Program-made: the position numbers and the translations under genes
Part shown: positions 1 through 9,564 of the stretch, piece after piece
How positions within the stretch are numbered: position 1 is the stretch's first letter
Layout of the letters: each line of letters begins with the position of its first letter
Notes under the pieces: model-generated
Databases searched by the model: none
What the model was told of the DNA's origin: nothing
What the model saw: the letters and a program-made list of their open reading frames with translations, nothing else
NCBI GenBank assembly: GCA_040388825.1
Contig: JAZKBC010000096.1
Location: 44,186-87,211 of the forward strand
Reading direction: 5' to 3'
Length of the DNA stretch: 43,026 nt
From: Acidobacteriota bacterium
Lineage (GTDB): Bacteria > Acidobacteriota > Terriglobia > Terriglobales > Acidobacteriaceae

Positions 1-309
1 GATGCGGCGTGGGCGAAGTTTCTGGTGGAGGGGTTCGATGGGTTATATCCGCTGGTGGGGTGCACTGCGGAAGGACTGGCGGATGAGCTGCTGCGGCATC
101 CGGAGTGGAGCTTTGCTGCTTTGAAGCCGAAGCTGGGGAAGGTGCCGCTGCTGGTGGTTACGGCGGATGATGGGTTTGCGGTGGAGGCGATGGCGCTGGC
201 GGAGGGTCGTGGCGATGCGGCGACCAAGCACTTTGCGGCGGACCATGCTTATAGTGCGTATCGGTTGGCTTTGGCGGGGGTGGTGGTGGGGTGGTTGGGG
301 CAGCGGTGA
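1..309 (+). CDS. Partial (5'-truncated) alpha/beta-hydrolase-like protein, C-terminal part
   Basis: Frame +1 is open from the window edge to TGA 307-309. 'PLLVVTADD...DHAYS' resembles the C-terminal acid and His region of alpha/beta hydrolases. The nucleophile motif is not in the window. Confidence 0.55.
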   Translation, partial: DAAWAKFLVEGFDGLYPLVGCTAEGLADELLRHPEWSFAALKPKLGKVPLLVVTADDGFAVEAMALAEGRGDAATKHFAADHAYSAYRLALAGVVVGWLGQR

Positions 310-342
310 GTGGTTCGAGGTGGGCGCGGGCTGTAGGGGCCG

Positions 343-381
343 CCCACTCATGACCAAGTGCTGTCATGAATGGGGCACCCG
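343..381. repeat. REP-like palindromic intergenic element (CCCACTCATGAC-N8-GTCATGAATGGGGCACCCG)
   Basis: Imperfect 12-bp stem between convergent genes. The ATGGGGCACCC tail resembles dispersed repeats I recall from Acidobacteriaceae genomes. Confidence 0.55.
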
Positions 382-392
382 GCCGGAGAGCG

Positions 393-2897
393 CTACTGGA
401 GAGTGATGGTTTTGGGGACCGTGAGGCGCTGGGGGGAGTCGGGGTCGGGGGCGTTGTCGGCGTCTTCGTCGCCGGGTTCGTTGAAGTCGGCGTAGAGATC
501 GTCCACGCCGTCCGGGCCGGCGGCGATGCGGCGGGATTGACGGTTGACGGTTTCGTTGGCGAGCTTCTGCTGGACTTCGACCCAGCGGTCGATCTTGCGG
601 ATGGTCGCGGGGACTTCTTCGAGAGGGACGGCGGGGGAGAAGAGGTAGCCCTGGACCTGGTCGCACTTGCGGCGGAGGAGGAAGTTCATCTGGGCGACGG
701 TTTCTACGCCTTCGGCGACGACGTCGATATTGAGGCCGTGGGCCATGGCGATGATGGTGCGGACGATGGCCGCGGCACCGGGGTCGGTGGTTGCCTTGTC
801 GACGAAGCAGCGGTCGATCTTGAGGCGGTCGACGTCGTACTGAAGGATGTAGGAGAAGCTGGAGAAGCCGGTTCCGAAGTCGTCGATGGCAACGGAGACG
901 CCGCGCTCGCGGATCTGGCGGAGGGTTTCCATGACACCGGTGTTGGTGGCCATGAGCATCTGCTCGGTGATTTCGATCTCGAGCGAGTCAGGGCTGAGGC
1001 CGGAGGCTTCGAGGGCTTCGCTCACGACGGGGATCAGGTTGCGCTGGCTGAACTGCCAGGGCGAAAGATTGACGGCGATGGTGAGCTTGCGGCCGAGCTG
1101 CTTTTGCAGAGCGACGGTGTCGAAGCAGGCCTTGCGCAACGACCACTCTCCGATGCCGACGAGCAGGCCGGCCTTTTCGGCGATGGGGATAAAGGTTGTG
1201 GGGGGAACGTAGCCGCGCTTGGGGTGCTTCCAGCGGAGGAGCATTTCGAGGGCGACGACTTCGCCGGTGGAGCAGCGGACCTGGGGCTGGTAGTGGAGGA
1301 TGAGTTCGCCGTTGTCGAGGGCGTGGCGGAGCTCTTCTTCCATCTTGAGGCGGTCGGCGGCTTCGCGCTGCATCTGGCCGGAGAAGGCGCGGGCTGAGCC
1401 GCGATCGGTGGCCTTGGCTTCGTGCATGGCGACGTCGGCTGAGCGGAGAAGTTCTTCCGGGGTCTCGGCGTTGTCGGGGTAGAGGCAGTAGCCGATGGAG
1501 GCGGTGACGCGGATTTCGGCGTTGCCGACGATGGTGGGCGTGCCGATCTTCTGCAACATGAGGTGCGCGCAGCGCTCGGCGTCAGCGGGGCCGCGGAAGT
1601 CAGGCATGAGGACGACGAACTCGTCGCCACCGACGCGGGCCACTGTATCTGTGCGGCGGACGGCGGACTGGAGGTGCTCGGAGAAGAAGTTGAGGACGGT
1701 GTCGCCGCCGGAGTGGCCGAGGGACTCGTTGATGCGCTTGAAGTGATCGATGCCGACCATGAAGACGGCCATTTTCTGCTTGAAGCGGCGGGCGCGCTCG
1801 ATGCCCTGCGTGAGGCGATCATTCAAGAGCATGCGGTTGGGGAGGCCGGTGAGCTGGTCGAAGTGCGCCATGTGCACGATGGAGTCGGTGAGTTGCTTGC
1901 GCTCGGTGACGTCAAAGGCGATGGCGAGGTAGCCGGTGGTCTGCTTGTCCGGGGTGCGCAGGGCCATCATGGTGAGGTTGACGGAGGCGCGGGATTTGTC
2001 GCGGCGGCAGTAGGTCCACTCGCGGGTTTCCTGCTCGCCCTGGCTGGGCTTGAGGATGAGGGACTGGAAGCCGGCGGAGACGGGCTCGTCTAAATCGCGG
2101 GAGAGTTGAACAGCTCGCGCACTGATTTCCGCGGGGTCGTGGACGAGGACGAGTGAGTGCTGGCCGACGAGATCGTGCTTGCGGTAGAGCGTGAGGCGCT
2201 CGGCGGCGGAGTTCATGGCGATGATGGTGCCGGCGGCGTCGGTGGCGATCATGCTGATGGGCGCCGACTCGATGATGGACTGGGCGAAGGCGCTGAGCTC
2301 CTGGATGCGGCTGGCGGCGGCCTCTTCCTCGTTGGAACGGAGGGTGGAGATGGCGACGGAGCCGGAGAGCGGAGAGACGTAGGTGGAGTAGTTGGCGTTG
2401 CCCTCGACGGTGCGGACGCCCATCTCGAGGTACTCCGAGATGCCGGTGGCTGCGACGCGCGCCCAGATTCCCATGACGTGGAGGCGGGACGCCTCAGACA
2501 GGAAGCTGGAGCAGGACTGGCCGATGATCTCGGAACGCTTCTTGCCGAAGAGGACTTCGACTTTGCGGTTGGCGTAAGTGACGCGGAAGTCAGTGACACG
2601 GCCGGAGGAGTCGCAGACGGGCTTGGCGATGCAGAAGACGCCCTGGCTACCTTCAGCGGCGGCCTTGAAGAGGGTGCGCTCGCGGCGAGCGAGACGGATG
2701 GCGCGGAGAACTTTGCTGGAGTGCTTGAGCGCGACCTGGCCGGCGCAGATAAAGGAGAGCGCGGAGAGGACGGCGAGGAGAAGGAACTCCGTCCACTGGG
2801 AGTTTGGCTTGATTAACAACAGGAAGAAGGCCATAGCCAGGAACGCCACAGCGAGGAAACCCTTGCGCCGGATGGATGCTCGGGATGTATTCCCCAT
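393..2897 (-). CDS. Membrane-anchored PAS-PAS-GGDEF-EAL diguanylate cyclase/phosphodiesterase
   Basis: 834 aa with two N-terminal hydrophobic helices and two PAS-like regions. GGDEF part: 'HFDQLTGLPNR', 'RVGGDEF'. EAL part: 'LEMLLRW', 'EITE', 'DDFGTGFSS', 'KIDR', 'EGVET', 'QGYLFS'. Confidence 0.95.
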   Translation of the reverse strand: MGNTSRASIRRKGFLAVAFLAMAFFLLLIKPNSQWTEFLLLAVLSALSFICAGQVALKHSSKVLRAIRLARRERTLFKAAAEGSQGVFCIAKPVCDSSGRVTDFRVTYANRKVEVLFGKKRSEIIGQSCSSFLSEASRLHVMGIWARVAATGISEYLEMGVRTVEGNANYSTYVSPLSGSVAISTLRSNEEEAAASRIQELSAFAQSIIESAPISMIATDAAGTIIAMNSAAERLTLYRKHDLVGQHSLVLVHDPAEISARAVQLSRDLDEPVSAGFQSLILKPSQGEQETREWTYCRRDKSRASVNLTMMALRTPDKQTTGYLAIAFDVTERKQLTDSIVHMAHFDQLTGLPNRMLLNDRLTQGIERARRFKQKMAVFMVGIDHFKRINESLGHSGGDTVLNFFSEHLQSAVRRTDTVARVGGDEFVVLMPDFRGPADAERCAHLMLQKIGTPTIVGNAEIRVTASIGYCLYPDNAETPEELLRSADVAMHEAKATDRGSARAFSGQMQREAADRLKMEEELRHALDNGELILHYQPQVRCSTGEVVALEMLLRWKHPKRGYVPPTTFIPIAEKAGLLVGIGEWSLRKACFDTVALQKQLGRKLTIAVNLSPWQFSQRNLIPVVSEALEASGLSPDSLEIEITEQMLMATNTGVMETLRQIRERGVSVAIDDFGTGFSSFSYILQYDVDRLKIDRCFVDKATTDPGAAAIVRTIIAMAHGLNIDVVAEGVETVAQMNFLLRRKCDQVQGYLFSPAVPLEEVPATIRKIDRWVEVQQKLANETVNRQSRRIAAGPDGVDDLYADFNEPGDEDADNAPDPDSPQRLTVPKTITLQ

Positions 2898-3346
2898 TGT
2901 TGATCACTCCCTGGACTGCTCTGCTCGTCCACCAGAGTGAATCTTAGGCTGGACTGTTTGTGGTCTGGACTTCCTGAAATGGTAAAGATGGCCCGACCGA
3001 GCACTCGTCGCAGATGTGCGCTGCGATTCGGTGAAACAAGTCTTAATGATTGGCGGGTGCAGAACAATGACCCGTTTGTGTTAACGTACACGCACTCGAA
3101 AAGCCTGAACAAAGCGGCTCGTTGGCATTTTTGGAAAAATCACGGAGTGGCTTTTGAGGCAGGCAGCAAAAGTCCAGGAACATCGAAGGGTGTTAGATGC
3201 GATCCAACCAAGGTGTTATTACCGGCGTGCGCTGTTTCGGTTTGACGATCAACCGTTCAGGTTGGGACGGAGCTAGTCTGTTCCTACGGCGGAACCGGCC
3301 CCTGTCTTACTGACTTCTCCGCTCAACTTTCTACGGAGGCAATACC

Positions 3347-3529
3347 ATGAAACTCACGACTGAAATGATGAAGAAATTTGCCAATGATGAGTCTGGACAG
3401 GATCTGATCGAGTACGCGCTGGTGGCAAGCCTTATCGGCCTGGCGACTGTTGCGGCGATGACTTCGCTCTCGACCAACATCGGCAGCGCGTTCAGCACGG
3501 TTGGCAGTCAGTTGACGAGCGCTGTCTAA
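3347..3529 (+). CDS. flp: Flp family type IVc (Tad) pilin, copy 1
   Basis: 60 aa with the Flp motif 'DESG/QDLIEYAL' followed by a hydrophobic helix. RBS GGAGG lies just upstream. Confidence 0.95.
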   Translation: MKLTTEMMKKFANDESGQDLIEYALVASLIGLATVAAMTSLSTNIGSAFSTVGSQLTSAV

Positions 3530-3691
3530 GCAGGAAAGAACGAGAACGGGACGCCCTGCCTGGGCGTTGGTGGATCTCGGACAACGTGGATTTCTATGAA
3601 CGAGGATGGCTCCTGATGCTGACGCATCTGGAGCCATAGTCGTTTGTGCGATTGCTTATTGCGGCGCGCAGGCTGACGGTGGATGCTTAAA

Positions 3692-3725
3692 CGCACATCG
3701 CACCGGATGACCGGTGCGATGTGTG
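3692..3725. terminator. 15-bp stem-loop, candidate bidirectional terminator or mRNA stabiliser
   Basis: CGCACATCGCACCGG-ATGA-CCGGTGCGATGTGTG between convergent flp and the 27-aa ORF. There is no strong U-tract. Further hairpins at 3551-3567 and 3606-3637. Confidence 0.5.
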
Positions 3726-3782
3726 GTGACTCAGTGAAGAGCCAGGTGGCGATCGAGTCGCCGCGATGCATGAGCTATGGGC

Positions 3783-3866
3783 TTAGCGGCTTGGCATGAA
3801 GTTGCAGCCGAGTGCAACAGCGGTAGCGACAAACGCTACGAGGATTGTTCTGCAAACGAATTCCAT
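3783..3866 (-). CDS. Small hydrophobic protein, 27 aa (MEFVCRTILVAFVATAVALGCNFMPSR)
   Basis: Perfect SD AAGGAGG 6 nt before ATG 3866, a single hydrophobic helix, and TAA at 3783-3785. It is the 3' end of the track's 227-aa ORF, which is otherwise antisense to the regulator. Confidence 0.55.
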   Translation of the reverse strand: MEFVCRTILVAFVATAVALGCNFMPSR

Positions 3867-4205
3867 GGTGTGCCTCCTTGAGGCTAGTCGGGGAGGGTGG
3901 AACCAGGCAGGATGCTCCCTGCGGGGACCAGCCCTTCGGCTATCTGGTGCGAGATTACTGCTAACCAGGCGCCGGGGGTATTCCCCAAAGGCTGAATGAC
4001 GGCCGTCTGTAATACCACCAAAGTTGTAGGTGGCTTTCCGGCTGCAGCGGGGGCGGGGACGGAGACGAAATGCTGACATGACGGCGCTTTGGAGGTACTG
4101 GGTCGAAGGTGCTGGCTCTGCTAGACTTGGAGATCGACAGGTCAAAACCTGGAGGTTGGACGGGCCCAAGGCGGAGTACGGCGCGCCTGCAGATGTTGCA
4201 AACTC

Positions 4206-4898
4206 ATGAGCCAAAAGATCATCATCGCCGACAACTATGCCGTCTTCCGGACCGGAACCGCCCGGTTCGTGGTGGTGGAAGACGATTTCAGCATCGTGGG
4301 GCAGTGCGACGACCTGGTGCGGCTGTATAAAGCGGCTGAAAGCAACCTGGGGACGATCGTGCTGTTTGCCAGCTCGCTGGAGCCCGACCTGAACGAACTG
4401 GTGACCCGGGCGAAGATCAGCCAGGTGAAGTTCGTGGCCGTGCTGGACAAGGGTGACAGCCCGCAACCTTATATGAAGGCTGGGATGCAGGGGATCCTGT
4501 ACCGGGACGTGAGCCGGGCAGAGATGCTGAAGTGCCTGCGATCGGTGGCGCGGGGCGTGAGCTATGTGCAGCAGCCTTCGACGACAGCTTCGGCAAGGTT
4601 TGAGACGGATATGGTGGGCGAGCGGGCGAAAAACCGGCTGTCAGCCAAGGAGTTGCAGATCATCGGGCTGATCGTTCAGGGGTACAAGAACAAGGACATT
4701 GCCGCCGAGCTGAACAACAGCGAGCAGGTGATCAAGAACTACCTGCGGTCGATCTTCGACAAGACGGGGGTGAGCGACCGGCTGGAGCTGGCGCTGTTTA
4801 CGATTCACCACCGGATTCTGCTGGAGGCAGTGGGTGGGACGGGTGGGAAGATGATTCCGCCGCCGCCGGGGTTGCTGCGGGTCGGGGATGAGGCTTAG
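4206..4898 (+). CDS. LuxR/NarL-family response regulator with degenerate receiver domain
   Basis: C-terminal LuxR HTH 'LSAKELQIIGLIVQGYKNKDIAAELNNSEQVIKNYLRSIFDKTGVSDRLEL'. The N-terminal REC-like part reads 'IIIADNY', and 'IVLFAS' has no Asp at the usual phosphoacceptor position. Confidence 0.9.
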   Translation: MSQKIIIADNYAVFRTGTARFVVVEDDFSIVGQCDDLVRLYKAAESNLGTIVLFASSLEPDLNELVTRAKISQVKFVAVLDKGDSPQPYMKAGMQGILYRDVSRAEMLKCLRSVARGVSYVQQPSTTASARFETDMVGERAKNRLSAKELQIIGLIVQGYKNKDIAAELNNSEQVIKNYLRSIFDKTGVSDRLELALFTIHHRILLEAVGGTGGKMIPPPPGLLRVGDEA

Positions 4899-4949
4899 GC
4901 AGGCCGTCGCCTGAAAGGGCTTGACGGGTTTGCATGTGCCGGCGGCTGT

Positions 4950-5004
4950 GCAGGTCCTTCGACTGCGGCTCGCATGAAGTCGCGAGCCTTCGCTCAGGAT
5001 GACA
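4950..5004. repeat. REP-like intergenic element (GGTCCTTCGACTGC...CTTCGCTCAGGATGACA)
   Basis: Internal hairpin GGCTCGC...GCGAGCC with a CGCTCAGGATGACA end, between convergent genes. It resembles a widespread dispersed repeat family (from memory). Confidence 0.55.
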
Positions 5005-5029
5005 GATTGTTGGTGGGCAGGATCGACGA

Positions 5030-5935
5030 CTACATGTGGCCGGCAGACATGGCTCTGGCGATGTTGATGCCTGGGGGGCCTAGCAGCACGATGAAGATGC
5101 AGGGGAAGATGAAGAGGACTAGCGGGAAGATGATCTTCACGGTGGTCTTGGCGGCGAGTTCTTCGGCGCGCTGACGGCGCTTGAGGCGGACGCCGTCGCC
5201 GAAGTTGGAGAGGGCGCGGGCGATGGGGGTTCCGAAGCGCTCGGTCTGGGCGAGCATGTTGACGAAGGAGTCGAGCTCCTGGAGCTGGTTGCGCTCGGCC
5301 ATGGACTTCCAGGCTTCGAGGCGTGGCTTGCCGGCGCGTTGCTCGCGATTGATGCGGAGGAACTCCTGCTGGATGTCGGGGTGGCTCTTGCCGAGCTCGT
5401 GGCCGACGCGCAGCATGGCCTGATCGAGGCCGAGGCCGGCGTCGACGCAGATGACGAGGAGGTCGACGGAGTCGGGGATGGAGAGGCGGATGCGTTCGCG
5501 GCGGCGCTTGACCAGGCGGGAGAGAATGATGTCCGGCAAGAGGTAGCAGATTCCGGCGCCTGAGGTCATGAGGAAGACGCGGTGCCAGGGAATGAACGAC
5601 GCTGCGATGAGGGCGGCGATCGGGCCGAGGACGCGAGCGGCGATGTAGATGTCGACGTAGTGCGAACCGATGAGGCCGGCGGCGACGAAGCGCGCGGTGA
5701 GGCGCGGATCTTCGCTCATGCCGAGGCGGCCGCGGACGGTGTGCAGCGTCTTGAGGAACTTCTGGGGCAGTTCGCTGGGAGCGCGGCGGGCGACCTTGAG
5801 ATTTTCGCCGCCATTCATGACCGCGATCACGCGGTTGGAGGTGGCGCGGGAGCTGCGCGAAAGCATGACGGCCGCCAGCATCCCCATGGCGAAGAAGCCG
5901 GTCAGAGTCATCATGGCATAGAAGACAATATTCAT
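5030..5935 (-). CDS. tadC: Tad pilus inner-membrane platform protein TadC (T2SS F family)
   Basis: 'IPDSVDLLVICVDAGLGLDQA', 'QTERFGTPIARAL', 'RAEELAAKTTVKIIFPLVLFIFP'; follows tadB. Confidence 0.93.
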   Translation of the reverse strand: MNIVFYAMMTLTGFFAMGMLAAVMLSRSSRATSNRVIAVMNGGENLKVARRAPSELPQKFLKTLHTVRGRLGMSEDPRLTARFVAAGLIGSHYVDIYIAARVLGPIAALIAASFIPWHRVFLMTSGAGICYLLPDIILSRLVKRRRERIRLSIPDSVDLLVICVDAGLGLDQAMLRVGHELGKSHPDIQQEFLRINREQRAGKPRLEAWKSMAERNQLQELDSFVNMLAQTERFGTPIARALSNFGDGVRLKRRQRAEELAAKTTVKIIFPLVLFIFPCIFIVLLGPPGINIARAMSAGHM

Positions 5936-5943
5936 GCTGAGCC

Positions 5944-6903
5944 TCAGACCTTGATGTCGACGATTCGGCTGATGATGTAAGCGCCGATGGAAATCATGAC
6001 TACGCCGATGCCGAGCAGTTTCTGACCGGTGGGATCGTAGAAAAGAATGTGGGAGTAGCCGGGCGTCATGATGTTGATGAGGCCGAGCATGGCGACGGGC
6101 ATGAGGGAGAGGATCCAGCCGGTAAGGCGGCCCTGAGCAGTGTAGGTGCGAATTTCACCGTGGATGCGGACACGCTCGCGAATGACGTGGGTGGTTCTAT
6201 CGAGGATGTCGGTCAGGTCGCCGCCGGTTTCTTTCTGGACGAGCACGGCGGTGATGAGGAAGTGGAGATCGTTGGAGGGGACGCGCTCGCCCATGGCGGT
6301 GAGAGCGTCGCGGAAGGGGATGCCGAACTTCTGCTGCTGGAAGCAGGTGCTGAACTCGGAGGAGAGCGGCTCGGGCGACTGCTCGGAGATGATCTCGATG
6401 GAGGAGGCCATGGAGTGGCCGGCGCGGAGAGCGCGGGCCATGAGCTCGATGGAGTCGGGCAGAGCGTTCTCGAACTTCTTGAGGCGGCTGTTGCGCTGGA
6501 ACTTGAGCGCGTAGTACGGAATGGCAAGACCGACGCAGGTGGCGACGGCGGAGAGGATGAGCGGAGCTCCAAACCAATTGGCCATGCCTCCGGCAACGAT
6601 GCCGAAGCCGAGCGCGCTGAGAACGATGGAACCGACGGACGCCTTGCTGCCAGCGTGGATGAGGAGCTGTTCGAGGCCTTCGGCGAAGTGGTAGCTTTCG
6701 ATGCGTGCGCTAATGCGGTCGGTGAAGCTGACCTTGTTGCGCTGGGCGAGCTGAATCTGCTCTTCGGAGCCTTCGCTGGTGAGCTTGTTACCAATGCTTG
6801 AGAGCCGATTCTGCACGGTCTTCTGCGAAGCGGAGCCCTTGGAGGCAAACGCAACGACGAGGACGATGACAAGCGTGAGTGCGAGGAAGACACCGATAAG
6901 CAT
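5944..6903 (-). CDS. tadB: Tad pilus inner-membrane platform protein TadB
   Basis: 'LPDSIELMARALRAGHS', 'VQKETGGDL', 'TAQGRLTGWIL'; directly after the ATPase. Confidence 0.93.
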   Translation of the reverse strand: MLIGVFLALTLVIVLVVAFASKGSASQKTVQNRLSSIGNKLTSEGSEEQIQLAQRNKVSFTDRISARIESYHFAEGLEQLLIHAGSKASVGSIVLSALGFGIVAGGMANWFGAPLILSAVATCVGLAIPYYALKFQRNSRLKKFENALPDSIELMARALRAGHSMASSIEIISEQSPEPLSSEFSTCFQQQKFGIPFRDALTAMGERVPSNDLHFLITAVLVQKETGGDLTDILDRTTHVIRERVRIHGEIRTYTAQGRLTGWILSLMPVAMLGLINIMTPGYSHILFYDPTGQKLLGIGVVMISIGAYIISRIVDIKV

Positions 6904-6909
6904 TGGGGT

Positions 6910-8265
6910 CTAGACCTCCACCGATTCGTCGAGGGCGGCCAGGTTAATGGCGATGCCCGCGGCTTTGAGTTTTTCGGCGAACTTGGGAACGACGCCGGTA
7001 GCGAAGAAGCGTCCCTTGACCTTGCCTCCAGCACCGAGGCCCTGCTTTTCGAAGAGGCAGAGATCCTGCATGGAGACGATTTCGCCGGAGGTTCCGGTGA
7101 TCTCGCTGATGTGCGTGATGCGGCGGCTGCCGTCGCTCATACGCGAGGCCTGGATGATGACGTGGACGGCCGAAGCGATCTGCGCGCGGATAGCTTTTTC
7201 CGGCAGCGAAACGGAGCCCATCATGGACATGGTTTCGAGACGGGCGATGGCGTCGCGGGGAGTGTTGGCGTGGATGGTGGTGATGGAGCCGTCGTGGCCG
7301 GTGTTCATGGCCTGCAACATGTCGAGGGCTTCTTCGCCACGGATTTCGCCAAGGATGATGCGGTCGGGCCGCATACGGAGAGCGTTGATGACGAGCTCGC
7401 GCTGGCGGATGGCGCCCTTGCCTTCGACGTTGGGCGGGCGGCACTCCAGGCGACATACGTGCTTCTGCTTGATCTGGAGTTCGGCAGAGTCTTCGATGGT
7501 GACGATGCGCTCATCGGGCGAGATGAAGCCGGAGAGCACGTTGAGCAGCGTGGTTTTACCAGCGCCGGTGCCGCCGGAGACGACGATGTTCAAGCGAGCG
7601 CGGACGGCGCCCTTGAGCAGGTCGAGCATGGACGGCGTGAGAGCGCGATGGCGGACGAGGTCTTCCGCGGTGAGTGGCTTGGAGCCGAAGCGGCGGATGG
7701 AGATGAGCGGGCCGTCGATGGCGAGCGGAGGAATGATGATGTTGACGCGGGAGCCGTCGAGGAGGCGGGCGTCGACCATGGGAGAAGATTCGTCGATACG
7801 CCGGCCGACGGCGGAGACGATCTTGTCGATGATGTGCATGAGGTGGGCGTTGTCGCGGAAGACGACGCCGGTCTCTTCGATGACGCCGCGGCGTTCGACG
7901 TAGACGAGGTTGTGGGTGTTGACGAGGATGTCGGAGATGGTGGGGTCGTTGAGGAGGGGCTCGAGGGGGCCGAGGCCGAAGACCTCGTCCATGACTTCTT
8001 TGGAGAGCGCATCGCGATCGGCGGCGGTGAGCGGAACGTTCTGCTCGGCGACGAGTTGCGAGATGGTGACGAGAAGCTTTTGACGGCCGCTGGTGTCGTT
8101 CTGCAACGAAGACAACTGCTCGAGGTCGACGCGGCGAATGAGCTGCTGATGGACCTCCGTCTTGAGCTGATGTTTTGCTGCGTCAGGAAGCGCCAGGTTG
8201 TTGCGAACTTCCGCAACCGCCTGGGGCTTGGCTGGACCCGTCATGTGAAGCGTTCCGTCAGACAT
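6910..8265 (-). CDS. cpaF: Tad pilus assembly ATPase CpaF/TadA
   Basis: Walker A 'GGTGAGKTT', 'TIEDSAEL', '[16 protein letters not shown]', His box '[15 protein letters not shown]'. Confidence 0.96.
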   Translation of the reverse strand: MSDGTLHMTGPAKPQAVAEVRNNLALPDAAKHQLKTEVHQQLIRRVDLEQLSSLQNDTSGRQKLLVTISQLVAEQNVPLTAADRDALSKEVMDEVFGLGPLEPLLNDPTISDILVNTHNLVYVERRGVIEETGVVFRDNAHLMHIIDKIVSAVGRRIDESSPMVDARLLDGSRVNIIIPPLAIDGPLISIRRFGSKPLTAEDLVRHRALTPSMLDLLKGAVRARLNIVVSGGTGAGKTTLLNVLSGFISPDERIVTIEDSAELQIKQKHVCRLECRPPNVEGKGAIRQRELVINALRMRPDRIILGEIRGEEALDMLQAMNTGHDGSITTIHANTPRDAIARLETMSMMGSVSLPEKAIRAQIASAVHVIIQASRMSDGSRRITHISEITGTSGEIVSMQDLCLFEKQGLGAGGKVKGRFFATGVVPKFAEKLKAAGIAINLAALDESVEV

Positions 8266-8298
8266 TGATGCACCTAAAGTACTTTGGTTCGGCCCTGG

Positions 8299-9528
8299 TT
8301 AAAACCCGAAGAAGGACTTCTTCTTCGGTGGTTCTGCGCTTGTAAATCCTGCGGAGCCGTCGTTCACGAGACTGGTGGCCCACTTATCGAAAGCGTTGGT
8401 GAATGCGCCACGCTGCTGATGCGAGACGGGCTCGCCAGCATTGATGGCACGCATGAGATCGGCGTAGTTGTTGGGGACGGCGACGTGGATGGGAAAACGG
8501 ATGGCGTTTTCGATGTCCTGGGCGCTGACAGCGTCGTCGGAGGTGGAGCGGTTGATGATGACGCGAAGCTTGGTGGTGAAGCCGTCGATGAGCGAGAGAT
8601 GCTCGATGCGGCGGACAAGGTCGCGGAGAGCAGCGACGTCTGGAGTGGACACGAGGGCGACTTCGTCGGAGGCGTTCATCATCGCGGTGAGAATCGACGT
8701 GTACTGCATGGAGGTGTCGATGAGGATGAAGTCGTAGCGGCGGCGGAGGTAGTCCATGATGCGGGAGATGGCATCGGAGGGGACTTCCTGGGGGAGCGCG
8801 CAGATGTCGGGCGAAGGGATGACTTCGAGGCCGCTGGAGTGGCGGGTGACGAAGCCGTCGAGCAGATCGGCGTCGAGGCGATCGACGTTGCGGACGAGCT
8901 CGTCAAAGTAGTAGCTGCTCTCCTTGATGCCGAGGTGCAGCGAGACGTGGCCGAGCTCGTGCTTGTAGTCGATGAGCAGCACCTTCTTGCGGTGCTTGCG
9001 GACGAGATGCGTGGCGAGATGCACGGCGGTGGTGGTGGTGCCGACTCCGCCCTTGACTCCGTAGAAGGAGATGACTTTGCCTTTGCCCTGCGTGGCCATA
9101 GCGGCGCTGACGTGGCCCTTTTGAAAGCGGGTGAGCGCGGCGGTGAAGATGGCGACATCGAGCGGCTTGGTGAGAACGTCGTCGCAGCCGGCGCGCATGG
9201 CGCTGAGCAGGAACTCGGCGTCGGTGCGGGCGGAGATGGCGATGAGCGAGATTTTGTGCAGGAAGGTCTGCTTGAGACGCTCCATGGTTTCGAGCGCGAG
9301 GACGGGGTCGCGGTCGCAGTCGATGATGGCAACGCAGCCGAGGGCTTCGGTGAGTGAGGGCGGGAACTGCGGGCGCTTCTCCGCGGAGATGTACTCCTGA
9401 AACTCGCCGATGAACTCGGAGCCGGGCACGGAACCAACGGCGGTGACGACAGCGGCGGCGACCTCGGGGGCGGCACAGACGCTGAAGACTGCCTGGATTA
9501 CTTCGGATTTCGGTGTGTCTGCTGGCAT
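8299..9528 (-). CDS. cpaE: Tad pilus localisation protein CpaE/TadZ (degenerate REC plus MinD/ParA-like ATPase)
   Basis: REC-like N-terminus ('AMRAGCDDVLTKPL'), deviant Walker A 'GVKGGVGTT', and a MinD-like C-terminal 'KKKSFFGF'. Confidence 0.9.
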   Translation of the reverse strand: MPADTPKSEVIQAVFSVCAAPEVAAAVVTAVGSVPGSEFIGEFQEYISAEKRPQFPPSLTEALGCVAIIDCDRDPVLALETMERLKQTFLHKISLIAISARTDAEFLLSAMRAGCDDVLTKPLDVAIFTAALTRFQKGHVSAAMATQGKGKVISFYGVKGGVGTTTTAVHLATHLVRKHRKKVLLIDYKHELGHVSLHLGIKESSYYFDELVRNVDRLDADLLDGFVTRHSSGLEVIPSPDICALPQEVPSDAISRIMDYLRRRYDFILIDTSMQYTSILTAMMNASDEVALVSTPDVAALRDLVRRIEHLSLIDGFTTKLRVIINRSTSDDAVSAQDIENAIRFPIHVAVPNNYADLMRAINAGEPVSHQQRGAFTNAFDKWATSLVNDGSAGFTSAEPPKKKSFFGF

Positions 9529-9564
9529 GCTCGTTCTTCCAAGTCTTATAAAGCGGCGGTCCTG

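Noticed and set aside
2898-3346. c-di-GMP riboswitch upstream of flp or the GGDEF-EAL gene (12335-12786 also checked)
   Set aside because: I could not find the class I (GGCAAA...GAAA...GACGCAAAG) or class II consensus by eye. An Infernal/Rfam scan would be decisive.
3783-4466. 227-aa minus-strand ORF as a real gene
   Set aside because: It overlaps the response regulator antisense and has no domain. Only its last 27 codons have a convincing SD and are reported separately.
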